A DNA stretch of 64,000 nucleotides from Chitinophagales bacterium. GTDB lineage: Bacteria; Bacteroidota; Bacteroidia; Chitinophagales; BACL12. Below, one piece after another: positions 45,440 to 56,128 of this stretch. Below the pieces are notes generated by a model that saw only the letters and a program-made list of their open reading frames with translations, was not told the origin of the DNA and made no database searches. The translations under genes were made by a program, and so were the position numbers. The stretch covers positions 5,303 to 69,302 of the forward strand of contig JAIBBA010000002.1 of the NCBI GenBank assembly GCA_019694895.1. The letters are read 5' to 3'. Position 1 is the first letter of the stretch. The number at the start of each line of letters is the position of its first letter.

Positions 45440-46279
45440 TTAGCTGCAACAATTATCTCCGCAACCACATGTTTTAGCTTTCACGCCAAACACTGTTATC
45501 GAATAGATACCGGTTCCGCTGTTTCGCCAACTTGCAATTTGATCGGCACTTAAATAATTAGATAAAATATCATCGGGAAGATCAATTGCTTTTTCCTTCA
45601 TGATGCGCACATCAGAAAATCCTGCCTTGTGAATGATGTCAAGATATGTATCCTTTTGTATCGCTCCTGCAATACAACCCGCATACATTTCGGCTTCCTG
45701 CAACAATTCTGTTGGCAATTGCCCAACAATGACAATATCTGATACAGAAAAATGTCCTCCGGTTTTTATGACGCGATACATTTCCTGAAACGCTTTTTCT
45801 TTATTCGGAACAAGATTTAAGACGCAATTACTAATCACTACATCAGCTTTATTCGCTGTAAGCGGCATGTTTTCTATGTCTCCCAATCTGAATTCTACAT
45901 TGCTCAAATTTAATTTCTGAGCATTGTTTCTGGCAAGGTCTACCATCACCTGCGTCATGTCAATACCAATCACACGGCCATCTTCACCAACTATAGAACG
46001 GGCGACAAATGCATCATTCCCTGCGCCTGATCCCAGGTCTACGACAGTATCTCCTGCCTTTATTTGTGCAAATTGAGTTGGTATCCCACAACCTAATCCC
46101 AAATCTGCATCTGCTAAATAGCCATCAAGTGATGTATAGTCTTCACTCATGATTTGCAGGTCAACTGTTGAGCAACCTCCGGCGCCGCAGCATGATGATG
46201 CGTTGGTGCTTTTTGATTGAGTGGCAATTTCTGTGTAACGGTCTTTGACCATATCCTTAATTGATTGATCGTTTTGCAT
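45440..46279 (-). CDS. arsM: Arsenite S-adenosylmethionine methyltransferase, 279 aa
   Basis: N-terminal Cys cluster SSCCGAGGCS, SAM motif VVDLGSGAGND, conserved Cys contexts ISNCVLNL and YAGCIAGA, and a Cys-rich C-terminus KTCGCGDNCCS. Confidence 0.88.
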   Translation of the reverse strand: MQNDQSIKDMVKDRYTEIATQSKSTNASSCCGAGGCSTVDLQIMSEDYTSLDGYLADADLGLGCGIPTQFAQIKAGDTVVDLGSGAGNDAFVARSIVGEDGRVIGIDMTQVMVDLARNNAQKLNLSNVEFRLGDIENMPLTANKADVVISNCVLNLVPNKEKAFQEMYRVIKTGGHFSVSDIVIVGQLPTELLQEAEMYAGCIAGAIQKDTYLDIIHKAGFSDVRIMKEKAIDLPDDILSNYLSADQIASWRNSGTGIYSITVFGVKAKTCGCGDNCCS

Positions 46280-46289
46280 AATCTTTATT

Positions 46290-46724
46290 TTATTTGATGA
46301 TAATATATTTCATTAATGTAGCACTCGTCGGACACATGCTTGTAAATTCCGATGATTTGCGTATGGATTCCGGCGCTTGTGACCTGTCTTCAATTGTGAA
46401 TCCGAGTCGTTCGTAAAATTTAGATGCCGTTTCGGTAAGCAGATATATTTGGCGGAAACCTTGTTCGTTGGCAAGACTCAGTATGTCTATCATAAATTGC
46501 GTACCAATTCCGCGATTATGCATCTGCACATCCACTGCAACCGAGCGCAATAATGCTGTTGGTGCTGAACCTTCAATTCCCGCAACCGCCATCAATTTTT
46601 CGCCATTTTTTAACAGATAGTAAGCTCCTTGAACCTCATTCACCCCTTCAACAGGAAGATCATTGGCTTTTAGTAAAGCATGAATATTGGCAAAGTCGGT
46701 ACTATGTGCCTTGCTTATCTGCAT
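46290..46724 (-). CDS. arsN2: GNAT N-acetyltransferase of the arsenic-associated ArsN2 type, 144 aa
   Basis: GNAT core (LRSVAVDVQMHNRGIGTQFM ... FYERLGF) and a C-terminal SSEFTSMCPTSATLM. It sits between arsR and arsM. The ATG at 46724 overlaps the arsR TGA (TGATG). Confidence 0.7.
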   Translation of the reverse strand: MQISKAHSTDFANIHALLKANDLPVEGVNEVQGAYYLLKNGEKLMAVAGIEGSAPTALLRSVAVDVQMHNRGIGTQFMIDILSLANEQGFRQIYLLTETASKFYERLGFTIEDRSQAPESIRKSSEFTSMCPTSATLMKYIIIK

Positions 46725-47038
46725 CAACAACAATTAAATGATGTAAAAAGGAAATTGAAATGTTTACGCGCCTTTCCAATAACCGGTTCATTCAAACAAT
46801 AACAAACCCTTGGACCATCGATTTCACCTTTTATTAAACCGGCAGATTTTAACTCTTTCAAATGCTGTGAAACAGTAGATTGAGCCAAGGGCAATCTGTC
46901 AACGATATCGCCACAAATGCATTGTCCGTCCGACAAAACCTTCAAAATCGCTATCCTGGCGGGGTGAGAGAGCGCTTTGGCGATGTCGGCCAGCTGCATC
47001 TCATCTTCACTGAATTCGGTTCGTTTTGTGTAAGCCAT
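46724..47038 (-). CDS. arsR: ArsR/SmtB-family metalloregulator, 104 aa
   Basis: wHTH ([13 protein letters not shown] ... [16 protein letters not shown]), the metalloid-site-like QCICGDIV, and a C-terminal NCC pair. Confidence 0.88.
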   Translation of the reverse strand: MAYTKRTEFSEDEMQLADIAKALSHPARIAILKVLSDGQCICGDIVDRLPLAQSTVSQHLKELKSAGLIKGEIDGPRVCYCLNEPVIGKARKHFNFLFTSFNCC

Positions 47039-47050
47039 AATTGTATATCG

Positions 47051-47083
47051 CAAAAATACGATTAAAGGTTTCAATTTGCCAAA
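47051..47083 (-). promoter_or_regulatory. Candidate Bacteroidota promoter for the ars cluster
   Basis: On the minus strand, TTTG (47083-47080) and TATTTTTG (47058-47051) are separated by a 21-nt spacer. The -7 box ends 12 nt before the arsR ATG, which implies a very short leader. Confidence 0.35.
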
Positions 47084-47160
47084 CTTTTGTCAGATTTTAA
47101 CAATAGTATTGGCTTGAAACTCATTTGCGGATAATTTTAGTCATCCTAAACAGCCACTAC

Positions 47161-48972
47161 ATGAAACATTATTTGATAGCTACTTTATGCCTGACCTTTG
47201 CCACACAGTCAGTTTCAGCTAGGATATTGGGCGGAGAGTTATGGTACGAGCAAACGGCCGCAGACCAATATATCATCAAATTGACATGGTATCGCGAGTA
47301 TGAACCCGAGTTGGAACCTGTTTTCTGGTTGGGTATTTATAATAACACTGACTATACGTTGATTGATACGGTTGCGGCAATTGAAATAGATAGATCTATA
47401 GTTGATAGCAATTACCCTACTTGTGTGGGAATGGTTCAAAAGTATGATATAGAGCGACTCGATTTTTCCACCCCGGTTACACTTCCTGAAAACCCTGATG
47501 GTTATGTAATAGTGATTATGGGCAATACCCGAACCGAAGAAATTTCCAATATATTATTACCTGGCTTGCGTGGCCTGACCTTATACACAACTGTGCCGGG
47601 AAACGTAAACAATAGCGCCCCGTCATTCAATAATCCTCCCGTTTGGTACGCTTGTGAGGATCAGTCATTAAATATGGATTTAGGCGCCTCAGAACTTGAT
47701 GGTGATGACCTTAGTTACGCACTCGTGCCTGCCTTGAATGCCGATTATACAGAACCCTTTTTTCAATCCTTACCTACGCCACCTCCATTTTCTGAACTTT
47801 CGTATTTGGGAGCTTTAAGCCCAACAAACCCATTCCCATCTGCCACAACAATTGAAATCGATCCATCTACAGGAATGCTAACGGGATTGCCAACAACTGA
47901 GGGCGTTTATATAATAACTGTAGAAGTTACTGAAACGCGATTAGGCATTGAGCTAAGCAAAACAAGACGGGATATCATTTTAATTGTAGAGGATTGTACT
48001 CCGACCATGGCAGAAGTTGACCTCGGTTCCGAAATCTATCAATGTAACGATACGCATGTATTTTTCGAATGTGAAACAGAGCCATGGGCCGGCTATTATT
48101 GGGATTTTGGTGACGGTATAATTCAAACATGGGATATTTATGAGCATACTTATCCTGCACTTGGAGATTATGAATTGATGTACATTGCCAATTATGATTT
48201 ACCATGTGCAGATACATTTTATTTGCCTGTTCATATAAGAGAATTATCAGAGGATGTACTGAGTACCGACCTTTTAGGAAATCCGGAAAATTGTTTTTAT
48301 GACACGATTCAATTGATTGGAGAGCCAGGATTCGTAGCTGAATGGCAGGATGTAAATACCGGTTTAATAATTGGAACAGGATCACCTTTACCGGTTACTC
48401 AATTTAGTGGAGACTTGCTGGCTACAGCATATTATTATGACGATGATTTTTGCTTTGCATCGGATACTGTTTCAGCCTATTTCTTCCCGGATAATACACC
48501 TTTGGTTAAAATAAATCAGGATAACCCCCAATGGTTTTTGTATTGTGATAATGCCTTTGATCCGTTCGTGGAAACATTGCAATGGTTTAAAGATGATATG
48601 CCTATTCCCGGAGCAATAAATCCAAACCTGCCACTAACTTCATGCGGTTCCTATTATGCCAGAATTACTGATACACATGCATGTGTTTTTGAAAGCGAAG
48701 CAACCTATTATTGTAATTCTGAAATTGAGGGTGCGGAGACTTTATTTTTTGAAGTTTCACCTAACCCGTCATCAGGAAGTTTTTCATTAACACTCCCCAA
48801 TACCGATCCGGTTACAATCCGCATTTACAATAACCTTGGAGAAAAGGTGTATCAAATAGAAAGCGCTGGAAATGCAGTAATTAATATTAACACTGAAAGT
48901 CTTGCAGGCTTGTATCATGTAATAATTGCCGGCGAAACCTATGTAAAGGAATTACCTGTAATGATCAATTAA
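47161..48972 (+). CDS. T9SS type-A cargo with a cadherin/Ig-like region, 603 aa
   Basis: Signal peptide MKHYLIATLCLTFATQSVSA, DGDDLSYALVP, a PKD-like YWDFGDG, and the CTD FEVSPNPSSGSFSLTL...GLYHVIIAGETYVKELPVMIN. Confidence 0.85.
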   Translation: MKHYLIATLCLTFATQSVSARILGGELWYEQTAADQYIIKLTWYREYEPELEPVFWLGIYNNTDYTLIDTVAAIEIDRSIVDSNYPTCVGMVQKYDIERLDFSTPVTLPENPDGYVIVIMGNTRTEEISNILLPGLRGLTLYTTVPGNVNNSAPSFNNPPVWYACEDQSLNMDLGASELDGDDLSYALVPALNADYTEPFFQSLPTPPPFSELSYLGALSPTNPFPSATTIEIDPSTGMLTGLPTTEGVYIITVEVTETRLGIELSKTRRDIILIVEDCTPTMAEVDLGSEIYQCNDTHVFFECETEPWAGYYWDFGDGIIQTWDIYEHTYPALGDYELMYIANYDLPCADTFYLPVHIRELSEDVLSTDLLGNPENCFYDTIQLIGEPGFVAEWQDVNTGLIIGTGSPLPVTQFSGDLLATAYYYDDDFCFASDTVSAYFFPDNTPLVKINQDNPQWFLYCDNAFDPFVETLQWFKDDMPIPGAINPNLPLTSCGSYYARITDTHACVFESEATYYCNSEIEGAETLFFEVSPNPSSGSFSLTLPNTDPVTIRIYNNLGEKVYQIESAGNAVININTESLAGLYHVIIAGETYVKELPVMIN

Positions 48973-50911
48973 CATTCAATCTCTCCAACTCTTCTTGCAA
49001 TTTTTCCCAATCGCTCATTTTGGATTCATGCGATTGCTTGGTGGTGTTGTACTTGGTAAAAAAATCAGCAGTATTTGAATTGTTATAGAAGTCGGCACTA
49101 TTCATTGTTGCCTCCATCGTTTTTATCTCTGCCTCAAGGGTTTTGATTTCCTGCTCAGATTTTTCAATAGCTTTTTTTACCCTTTGAAGTTCTTTCTCCT
49201 TTTGTTTTTTATCGGCATATTGCACTTTCTGTTCTTGCACAACCTCCGGAACAGCTTCTTTTTTCTTCGGTTGCTTTTCTGTCATCTCAAGCTCGGCAAG
49301 ATTGCTGATTTTTTTAGCATCCAGATAATCATAGATGTCGCCGATATATTCTTTAATCGTTTTATCCTTGAATTCAAATACTCTATTCGTAATTCCCTTT
49401 AAAAAATCTCTATCGTGCGATACAACGATCACCGTGCCATCAAAATTTGCGAGTGCATTTTTCAATACATCCTTGCTTCGCATATCCAAGTGGTTAGTAG
49501 GTTCGTCGAGTACCAATAAATTATATGGTTCAAGCAAAAGCTTGCACATGGCGAGTCGTGATTTCTCACCACCGGAAAGTACTTTTACTTTTTTAAAGGA
49601 AGCTTCTCCTCCAAATAAGAATGCACCTAACAAGGTTCTGATATGTGAGCGAATTTCACCTGCTGCAACTTTATCTATCGTGTCAAAAACAGTGTCGTCG
49701 CCACTCAATGTTTCCGCCTGATTCTGCGCATAGTATCCTAAATGAACATTGTGGCCAATAGTGAGCTCGCCGGTATATTTTTCAATACCCGCTATCATTT
49801 TTGATAAGGTGGATTTTCCTTCACCATTCTTTCCTACGAATGCAATCTTATCTCCTCTGTGAATTTCAAAATCCAATAAGCGCAACACTTCTTTTTCACC
49901 ATACGATTTCGACACACCTCTCCCTTCTACCGAAATTCGGCCGGAGCGTGGTGGTTTTGGAAAATAGAAGTGGATGGTAGCAGTTTCTTCGTCGTCAACT
50001 TCCACTTCTTCAAGCTTGTCCAGTTTTTTAATAAGCGATTGAGCAAATTTCGCTTTGTTTGCTTTCGCACGAAACTTTTCAATCAGGCGTTCGGTATGTT
50101 CAACATATTTCTCCTGATTTTTTTGTGCCGCTTTTTGTTGATCGATGCGCTCTTTTCGCAATTCAACGAATGTAGAATAAGCGGCATTGTAATCATATAT
50201 TTTCTGACTAACGATTTCAATGGTTCTTTTAGTTACATTATCCAAAAATGTTCTATCGTGCGAAACCAAAATGATGGCGCCGGGGTATGTTTCCAAATAT
50301 GTTTCTAACCATTGAATACTTTCAATATCAAGGTGGTTAGTAGGCTCATCGAGTAGAACCAATTCCGGTTTGCTGAGGAGGATTTTCGCCAACTCGATAC
50401 GCATTTGCCAGCCACCGCTGAATGTTTCCACCGGTTTATTGAAATCTTCCCGCATGAAGCCAAGCCCCATCAGCACCAATTCCATCTGCTTGTCGATAGA
50501 ACCTACATCTATAATCTCCAATCTGTGCACGATCTCATTCATTTCCTCAATCAGATCGTGATATGAATCGCTTTCATAATCGGTTCTAACTGTCAGATCA
50601 TGTTCTATCTCATGTAAACGCTTGTCGAAAGCCAATGCTTCATCGAAGGCTGTGCGCGCTTCTTCCATCACAGTCTTACCTTTCATTTTGGCAAGGTCCT
50701 GATGTAAGAAACCAATCAAACTATCTTTTGGAAGAATTACCTGTCCGGAATCAGGCTGTTGCAAGCCACTCAAAATCTTCATGAGTGTCGACTTACCGGC
50801 GCCATTTTTTCCCACCAGACCAACGCGGTCGTTATCTTTCAGCGTAAAGGAAACATCTTCAAATAAAAATTCACCTCCGAATGAAATGGAGAGGTTCTGC
50901 ACTGCAATCAT
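48965..50911 (-). CDS. ABC-F family ATPase (two ABC domains, C-terminal coiled coil), 648 aa
   Basis: Two Walker A motifs (GKNGAGKST; GKNGEGKST), two signature motifs (FSGGWQMR; LSGGEKSR), no TM domain, and a K/E-rich C-terminal helix. Confidence 0.93.
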   Translation of the reverse strand: MIAVQNLSISFGGEFLFEDVSFTLKDNDRVGLVGKNGAGKSTLMKILSGLQQPDSGQVILPKDSLIGFLHQDLAKMKGKTVMEEARTAFDEALAFDKRLHEIEHDLTVRTDYESDSYHDLIEEMNEIVHRLEIIDVGSIDKQMELVLMGLGFMREDFNKPVETFSGGWQMRIELAKILLSKPELVLLDEPTNHLDIESIQWLETYLETYPGAIILVSHDRTFLDNVTKRTIEIVSQKIYDYNAAYSTFVELRKERIDQQKAAQKNQEKYVEHTERLIEKFRAKANKAKFAQSLIKKLDKLEEVEVDDEETATIHFYFPKPPRSGRISVEGRGVSKSYGEKEVLRLLDFEIHRGDKIAFVGKNGEGKSTLSKMIAGIEKYTGELTIGHNVHLGYYAQNQAETLSGDDTVFDTIDKVAAGEIRSHIRTLLGAFLFGGEASFKKVKVLSGGEKSRLAMCKLLLEPYNLLVLDEPTNHLDMRSKDVLKNALANFDGTVIVVSHDRDFLKGITNRVFEFKDKTIKEYIGDIYDYLDAKKISNLAELEMTEKQPKKKEAVPEVVQEQKVQYADKKQKEKELQRVKKAIEKSEQEIKTLEAEIKTMEATMNSADFYNNSNTADFFTKYNTTKQSHESKMSDWEKLQEELERLNVN

Positions 50912-50935
50912 GGCGCAAAGGTAACCATAAGCGCA

Positions 50936-53224
50936 TTAACGCACTAAACGGGCTGAGGCATTTACACCGGTCTCTTGGATGCTGAGCAGGTAGGTACCTG
51001 CTGCAATTGAAGGTAATTGAAGTTGAATGGAAGTAGCTCCGGCCTGGGTTTGGAATGGATAATCCGCAATGAGCCGACCTGTTATATCAAATACATGCAA
51101 GGTCAAACTACCTGTATAAGGAGAAAACAAGGTTAATGCAAGATTTCCTGTATTGGCGTCATATTCATTGATCACCAATGCATCAGTATTGCCAGAGCTT
51201 TGAATGGATATAATATTGGAATAGTCAGTAGTACCATCTTCGTCAACCTGCTTCAACCGATAATAATATACATTACTTGCTATCTGGTCGTCTGAGAAAG
51301 AATATTTTGTTTGCCAAGGATTTGCCGCTTCAACCATTCCTATTGAAACATAATCACGACCATTGCTTGATCTTTCAACAAAAAACGTTTTGTTTTCTAA
51401 GCTTGAAGAGGCTTCCCACTCTAAGATATTTACATCTTGCAAAGAATAGCCGCTAAAGCTTATTAATTCAATTGGCAAGGTAACACAGTTGTTTATTACC
51501 GTAACATTATCTGTAGCAACATTTCCGCAAGCATCGGTCATGGTAACTGTATACGTTGTTGTTCCCATTGGAAAAGTAACATACACCGGACTAGTGGTAT
51601 AACCTCCCGGCGACCAGGTATACGTATAAGGTGGTACACCATAATTAGGTGTTGTTGTCGATAACCAGCCGGATTGTAAAGTGCAATCTAAAACAGTATA
51701 AGCAGTAGCTCCTGCTGCGAGGCCTGTGGTGGTAACTGTTTCTCCTTCAACAGTAATTGTTGCCAGATCAAGATGTGCGCACGTTGTGACACATCCACCA
51801 GGTGTTACACATTGATATTGATTATGATAAATAGTAAAAGCAATGTTAAATGAAGCACATTGTGGTGTAAAACAAGATACGAGCGCTGCAGTAGTAGCAT
51901 CATCAACTGTTGGATTCCAAGTGCCGGCAGTATTACATGCAGGACAAACCCAAACACCTGCAGCAGACGGGCTGTATCCGCAGGAGGTGCCAATGCGTAA
52001 TTGAAGGAATTTTAATTTACAAAATGGCGAACATGCTACACCATCGGCATCAAATTCCCAATGCACAGATGAACCTGTTAAAGTTGCATTAGCAGGTGTA
52101 GGCACATTAACAACGACATTACAAAAAGTAGGAGAGTCGTCTGTTCCGCTTGTGCCTGTCCATGTTGTGGTAGTGCCGTATACAGTCGGATCAATGGTAA
52201 TCGGAAATTGACGTTGCGGATCGCGCAGGTACGCCATGTCGGCAACCAATTTTAAGGTTACGGTTCTGCCATTTTGTTTCACGGTGTAACCAATAATATC
52301 CATAGGGATAACAAAGTCAAGAGTGTCATTCGGATTGCTGTCGTACATCACCGGAGCTTTCATTCTCGCCATTTCAAATCCATCGGCATTTTCTATAACC
52401 AGATCGCCAAACCAGAATCCGTTTACATTAAATGTACCTTCATATTGATCTGTGCTGATGGTGTATCCTTCAGGAAGATCAAATTCATCGCGAATGACAA
52501 AATATTTTTTTGATGTATCAATCGCATTCAAATTCCAAACAGTATATCCTGATTTTATTTCTGCAACATTAAATCGCAATTCCTGATCAATTCCTGGAAA
52601 AGCATCTTTAACGGCGGCGCCATCAGCACCAACAGAATAAACAGATCGGTTGATGGCAATACCCGGAATATTTAAACCAATTTCAGACGTTGCATATGCG
52701 CTGATATTTTGATTAAATCTTAATTCTGCACCGTCTTGCATGGCTATGGCAGTATATCCTTCTACCATATTTAATGTGGTAGGATTTGTTTGATGTAATC
52801 CCAAATAAACCCCGGGTAATGCAGTAGATGGTTGAAGCGTTGGATCTATAGTAACCCAGTTTCCTTTATTATCCTTGTAATTTAAATCCTGATATGCACC
52901 TTGCGAATAAAATTTACTTCCATTGGTTCCCTTTTTCACAAACATGCGCGAATTCTGAGTTCGGTATTGCAATAATTCAATGCAATCTTCACATGGTGCA
53001 TTATATGGTAATATGCCAAACTCCGGATGGGTATAAAGTGAATCTGGTGTAAGTGAAAATAATTCTTTAGGTGTATCGGATACTGCAGTATTGAAAGTTC
53101 CGTAATTATATGTTTTCACCCCTTCGGCATGAAACTCATCTTGTGCCATACCGGTACGTAGCATGGATGAACTAATGGTAATAACCGAAAATACAGCTTT
53201 TAATATTACCCGTTTGCAGTTCAT
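50936..53224 (-). CDS. T9SS type-A cargo whose N-terminal ~550 aa are paralogous to the type-B cargo at 29972-32440; 762 aa
   Basis: Shared motifs are listed in the findings. The C-terminus LTLHVFDITGRLIADYPFQTQAGATSIQLQLPSIAAGTYLLSIQETGVNASARLVR is a type-A CTD. Confidence 0.88.
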   Translation of the reverse strand: MNCKRVILKAVFSVITISSSMLRTGMAQDEFHAEGVKTYNYGTFNTAVSDTPKELFSLTPDSLYTHPEFGILPYNAPCEDCIELLQYRTQNSRMFVKKGTNGSKFYSQGAYQDLNYKDNKGNWVTIDPTLQPSTALPGVYLGLHQTNPTTLNMVEGYTAIAMQDGAELRFNQNISAYATSEIGLNIPGIAINRSVYSVGADGAAVKDAFPGIDQELRFNVAEIKSGYTVWNLNAIDTSKKYFVIRDEFDLPEGYTISTDQYEGTFNVNGFWFGDLVIENADGFEMARMKAPVMYDSNPNDTLDFVIPMDIIGYTVKQNGRTVTLKLVADMAYLRDPQRQFPITIDPTVYGTTTTWTGTSGTDDSPTFCNVVVNVPTPANATLTGSSVHWEFDADGVACSPFCKLKFLQLRIGTSCGYSPSAAGVWVCPACNTAGTWNPTVDDATTAALVSCFTPQCASFNIAFTIYHNQYQCVTPGGCVTTCAHLDLATITVEGETVTTTGLAAGATAYTVLDCTLQSGWLSTTTPNYGVPPYTYTWSPGGYTTSPVYVTFPMGTTTYTVTMTDACGNVATDNVTVINNCVTLPIELISFSGYSLQDVNILEWEASSSLENKTFFVERSSNGRDYVSIGMVEAANPWQTKYSFSDDQIASNVYYYRLKQVDEDGTTDYSNIISIQSSGNTDALVINEYDANTGNLALTLFSPYTGSLTLHVFDITGRLIADYPFQTQAGATSIQLQLPSIAAGTYLLSIQETGVNASARLVR

Positions 53225-53310
53225 GATGAGGATTAATTATACCTTTAATCTTAGATTTTGCCTGAAATATGAGCAGAAGCTGATATTTTGAGTATGCAAA
53301 TATAAGTTTT

Positions 53311-53979
53311 ATGTCACAAATTCAAAAAAGTACACTTAAATTTTTAAAAGACCTTGCCGCCCATAACGATCGCGTATGGTTCGAAGACAACCGAACCATT
53401 TACGAGGCTGCCAAGGGTAATTTTATCGATTTCACCGCCGCGGTTTTGGAGAAAACAGCCTCCTTCGAGCCTGCAATGGCGGGTATAGATGCCAAAAAGG
53501 CTGTTTTTCGCATTTATCGGGATGTTCGCTTCTCAAAAGACAAAAACCCCTATAAAACCAATTTCGGCGCATCGTTGGGTATGGGGCCTAAATCCGGGCT
53601 TTCAGCGGGCTACTACCTGCAAATACAACCGGGAAATGCCTCCTTTGCCGCTGCCGGGGCCTATATGCCTGAACTTCCGGTGTTGGCTGCCATGCGTCAG
53701 GAAATCGACTACAACCTCAAGGATTTTGAAAAAATACTAAAGGCCGCATCATTCAAAAAATACTATGAAGGTCTCGATGAAATAGAAGTGCTCAAAACTA
53801 CGCCTAAGGGCTACAGCCCCGACAATCAGGCACTTCCCTATTTACGGCATAAGAGTTATGTGGTTTCGAGGGCGTTTAGCGACAAAGAAGTAACAGACCC
53901 TTCATTTCTGAAAGAAGTAGTGAATACACTAAAATCTGCACATCCCTTGGTGCAATTTCTGAATAAAGCCGGCAGCTGA
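53311..53979 (+). CDS. DUF2461 (TIGR02453-type) protein, 222 aa
   Basis: Hallmarks FLKDLAAHNDRVWFEDNR and FRIYRDVRFSKDKNPYKTNFGA. Confidence 0.88.
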   Translation: MSQIQKSTLKFLKDLAAHNDRVWFEDNRTIYEAAKGNFIDFTAAVLEKTASFEPAMAGIDAKKAVFRIYRDVRFSKDKNPYKTNFGASLGMGPKSGLSAGYYLQIQPGNASFAAAGAYMPELPVLAAMRQEIDYNLKDFEKILKAASFKKYYEGLDEIEVLKTTPKGYSPDNQALPYLRHKSYVVSRAFSDKEVTDPSFLKEVVNTLKSAHPLVQFLNKAGS

Positions 53980-54031
53980 GATTATTATGTTTATATTTAT
54001 AGCCTATTAGCCGGTCACAAGTGTAATCAAT

Positions 54032-55894
54032 ATGAAAAAATGCACGCTCCTCCTCCTATTGGCGGGCATACTATCAACGGGATATTCCCAGAGTATAACT
54101 GCCTTTCCGGATACAACTATTTGTAGCGCCGATTCGGTGATGTTATATGCAGTTGTTGATGGATCATACGGTACAGAATCATATACCTATGCCGAAATCC
54201 CTTACGCCCCCGAGCCTATCGGCGGAACCGTGCATAATATGGTAGATGATACCCATACAGGCCCTTTTTCAATTGGCTTCGATTTTTGTTTTTTCGGACA
54301 AGTGTATACGCAGTTTTATATTGCCTCAAACGGTTGGATTAGTTTTCTTACACCAACGGGAGGAATGGATGTGAACTGGACTCCTGATGGCCCTATTCCT
54401 TTTGGTGCGGGAGTAACTCCGAAACCTGCCATATTCGGACCGTGGACCGACTGGCATTCGGGGCTTTGCACGAATTGTATTTTTCATGAGGTAGTTGGTG
54501 TTGCCCCAAATCGCAAGCTTATTGTTACATATGAAGATGTGCCGCTTTTCTCATGCACTGCCTTTGAAGGAACATTTCAGTTTGTATTGCATGAAACCAC
54601 AAATGTGATTGAAAATCACCTGACGCATGTAGATGTTTGTCCTACCTGGGATTTAGGCGTTGCCGTGCAGGGTATAATAAATGAAGATGGCACAGAAGCC
54701 TTTTCAGTAGCAGGCAGAAATGCAACAGACTGGTTTGCCGATGATGAAAGCTGGCGCTGGATCCCCGATGCCATTACCTGGTATGAAACCGCCACCGGTA
54801 TTGTTGTTGGAACAGGTGATAGTATTTATGTTAATCCCGATGTAACAACAACTTACACGGCAGAAATTACACTGTGCGATGGCACGATAGCAACCGATGA
54901 GGTTACCGTAACTGTCAGCACCCCATATGAGGTTACACTGGATGTGCAGCAAATTGCTTGCTTTGGTGCAACAAATGCCTGGATTGATGTTGATGTAACC
55001 GGCAACACAAATCCTATTACATACACATGGTCAACCGGCTCAACTATTGACAGTATATATGATCTTGGTGCCGGAACCTATACTATTACAATACAGGAAG
55101 AGGATGGTTGTGCCTGGGAGGAAGATGTTGTAATTACCGAACCTCCATTACTCACGTTGGATACCGTTCTAACTGTAGACGTAACCTGTTTCGGTGGATC
55201 TGATGGTGTTGTGAACCTCAATCCCGGAGGGGGCGTATTGCCGTATCAGTTTAGTTTCGATGGTATTAACTGGCAAACCGACAGCAATTTTATCAGCCTC
55301 GAAGCAGGCACGTATACGTTTACGGTGAGAGACGCCTTTGGATGCACAACGTCGTTTACCGGAGTTGTAATCAGTCAGCCGCCACAAATAATGGTTGATG
55401 CAGGACCCGACCAGAGCATTGCATATGGTCAATCAGTGGTATTGCTTGGAACAACCGGAGCTCCCGTAGTAACAGCCATCAGTTGGTCGCCGGTAGATTA
55501 TTTGTCGTGCATTGATTGCCTTCAGCCTACATGCACGCCAACTTTCAATTCAACCTATGTGCTAACGGTAACCGATGCGAATGGTTGTCAGGCTAGCGAT
55601 TCCGTAAATATTTGGGTGGATATAGATTTTGTGGTGCCAAATGCCTTTTCTCCGAATGATGACGGTTTAAACGATGTATTTAATATATCAACCGACCTAT
55701 TGATCAGTTATGACATTCGGATATACGACCGCTGGGGGGCTGAAGTGTTTCATTCCACCGATATCAATTTCGGCTGGGATGGCAAGCTGGGTGGGCTTCC
55801 GCAGGAAATAGGCACCTATGTGTATGTGATCAAGTCTACTACTACCCTAAACACCCCGATTACTAAGTCCGGAACCATCACTTTGCTCCGTTAA
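54032..55894 (+). CDS. SprB-repeat-containing T9SS type-B cargo, 620 aa
   Basis: SprB-type repeats (IACFGATNAWIDVDVTGNTNPITYTWSTG; VTCFGGSDGVVNLNPGGGVLPYQFSFDG). C-terminus VVPNAFSPNDDGLNDVFNI...YDRWGAEVF...GWDGKLGGLPQEIGTYVYVI...GTITLLR. Confidence 0.9.
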   Translation: MKKCTLLLLLAGILSTGYSQSITAFPDTTICSADSVMLYAVVDGSYGTESYTYAEIPYAPEPIGGTVHNMVDDTHTGPFSIGFDFCFFGQVYTQFYIASNGWISFLTPTGGMDVNWTPDGPIPFGAGVTPKPAIFGPWTDWHSGLCTNCIFHEVVGVAPNRKLIVTYEDVPLFSCTAFEGTFQFVLHETTNVIENHLTHVDVCPTWDLGVAVQGIINEDGTEAFSVAGRNATDWFADDESWRWIPDAITWYETATGIVVGTGDSIYVNPDVTTTYTAEITLCDGTIATDEVTVTVSTPYEVTLDVQQIACFGATNAWIDVDVTGNTNPITYTWSTGSTIDSIYDLGAGTYTITIQEEDGCAWEEDVVITEPPLLTLDTVLTVDVTCFGGSDGVVNLNPGGGVLPYQFSFDGINWQTDSNFISLEAGTYTFTVRDAFGCTTSFTGVVISQPPQIMVDAGPDQSIAYGQSVVLLGTTGAPVVTAISWSPVDYLSCIDCLQPTCTPTFNSTYVLTVTDANGCQASDSVNIWVDIDFVVPNAFSPNDDGLNDVFNISTDLLISYDIRIYDRWGAEVFHSTDINFGWDGKLGGLPQEIGTYVYVIKSTTTLNTPITKSGTITLLR

Positions 55895-56128
55895 GGAGTT
55901 CTTGACGCTGGTATGCCTGGGTTGGTTCACGACCGGATAATTTTTTTTCATTTTTTTTTTGGTTTTTTGGTCGAAGTGGCTAGCTTTGTTACTGAGGACT
56001 TAAAAGTGCTTATGCCATAAGGCTTTTAGTGTGATCTACCCCCTCCGCACACTTTACCGGAATTCCGGTAATTTGCATGTAAAATGCACGGAAAATGGGG
56101 AAAAATTCCACAAAACCTGCATAAGTAC

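Noticed and set aside
56057-56068. The perfect palindrome CCGGAATTCCGG as a regulator operator.
   Set aside because: A 12-bp palindrome alone is too short to call a binding site and matches no operator I recognise. It is kept only as part of the description of the spacer.
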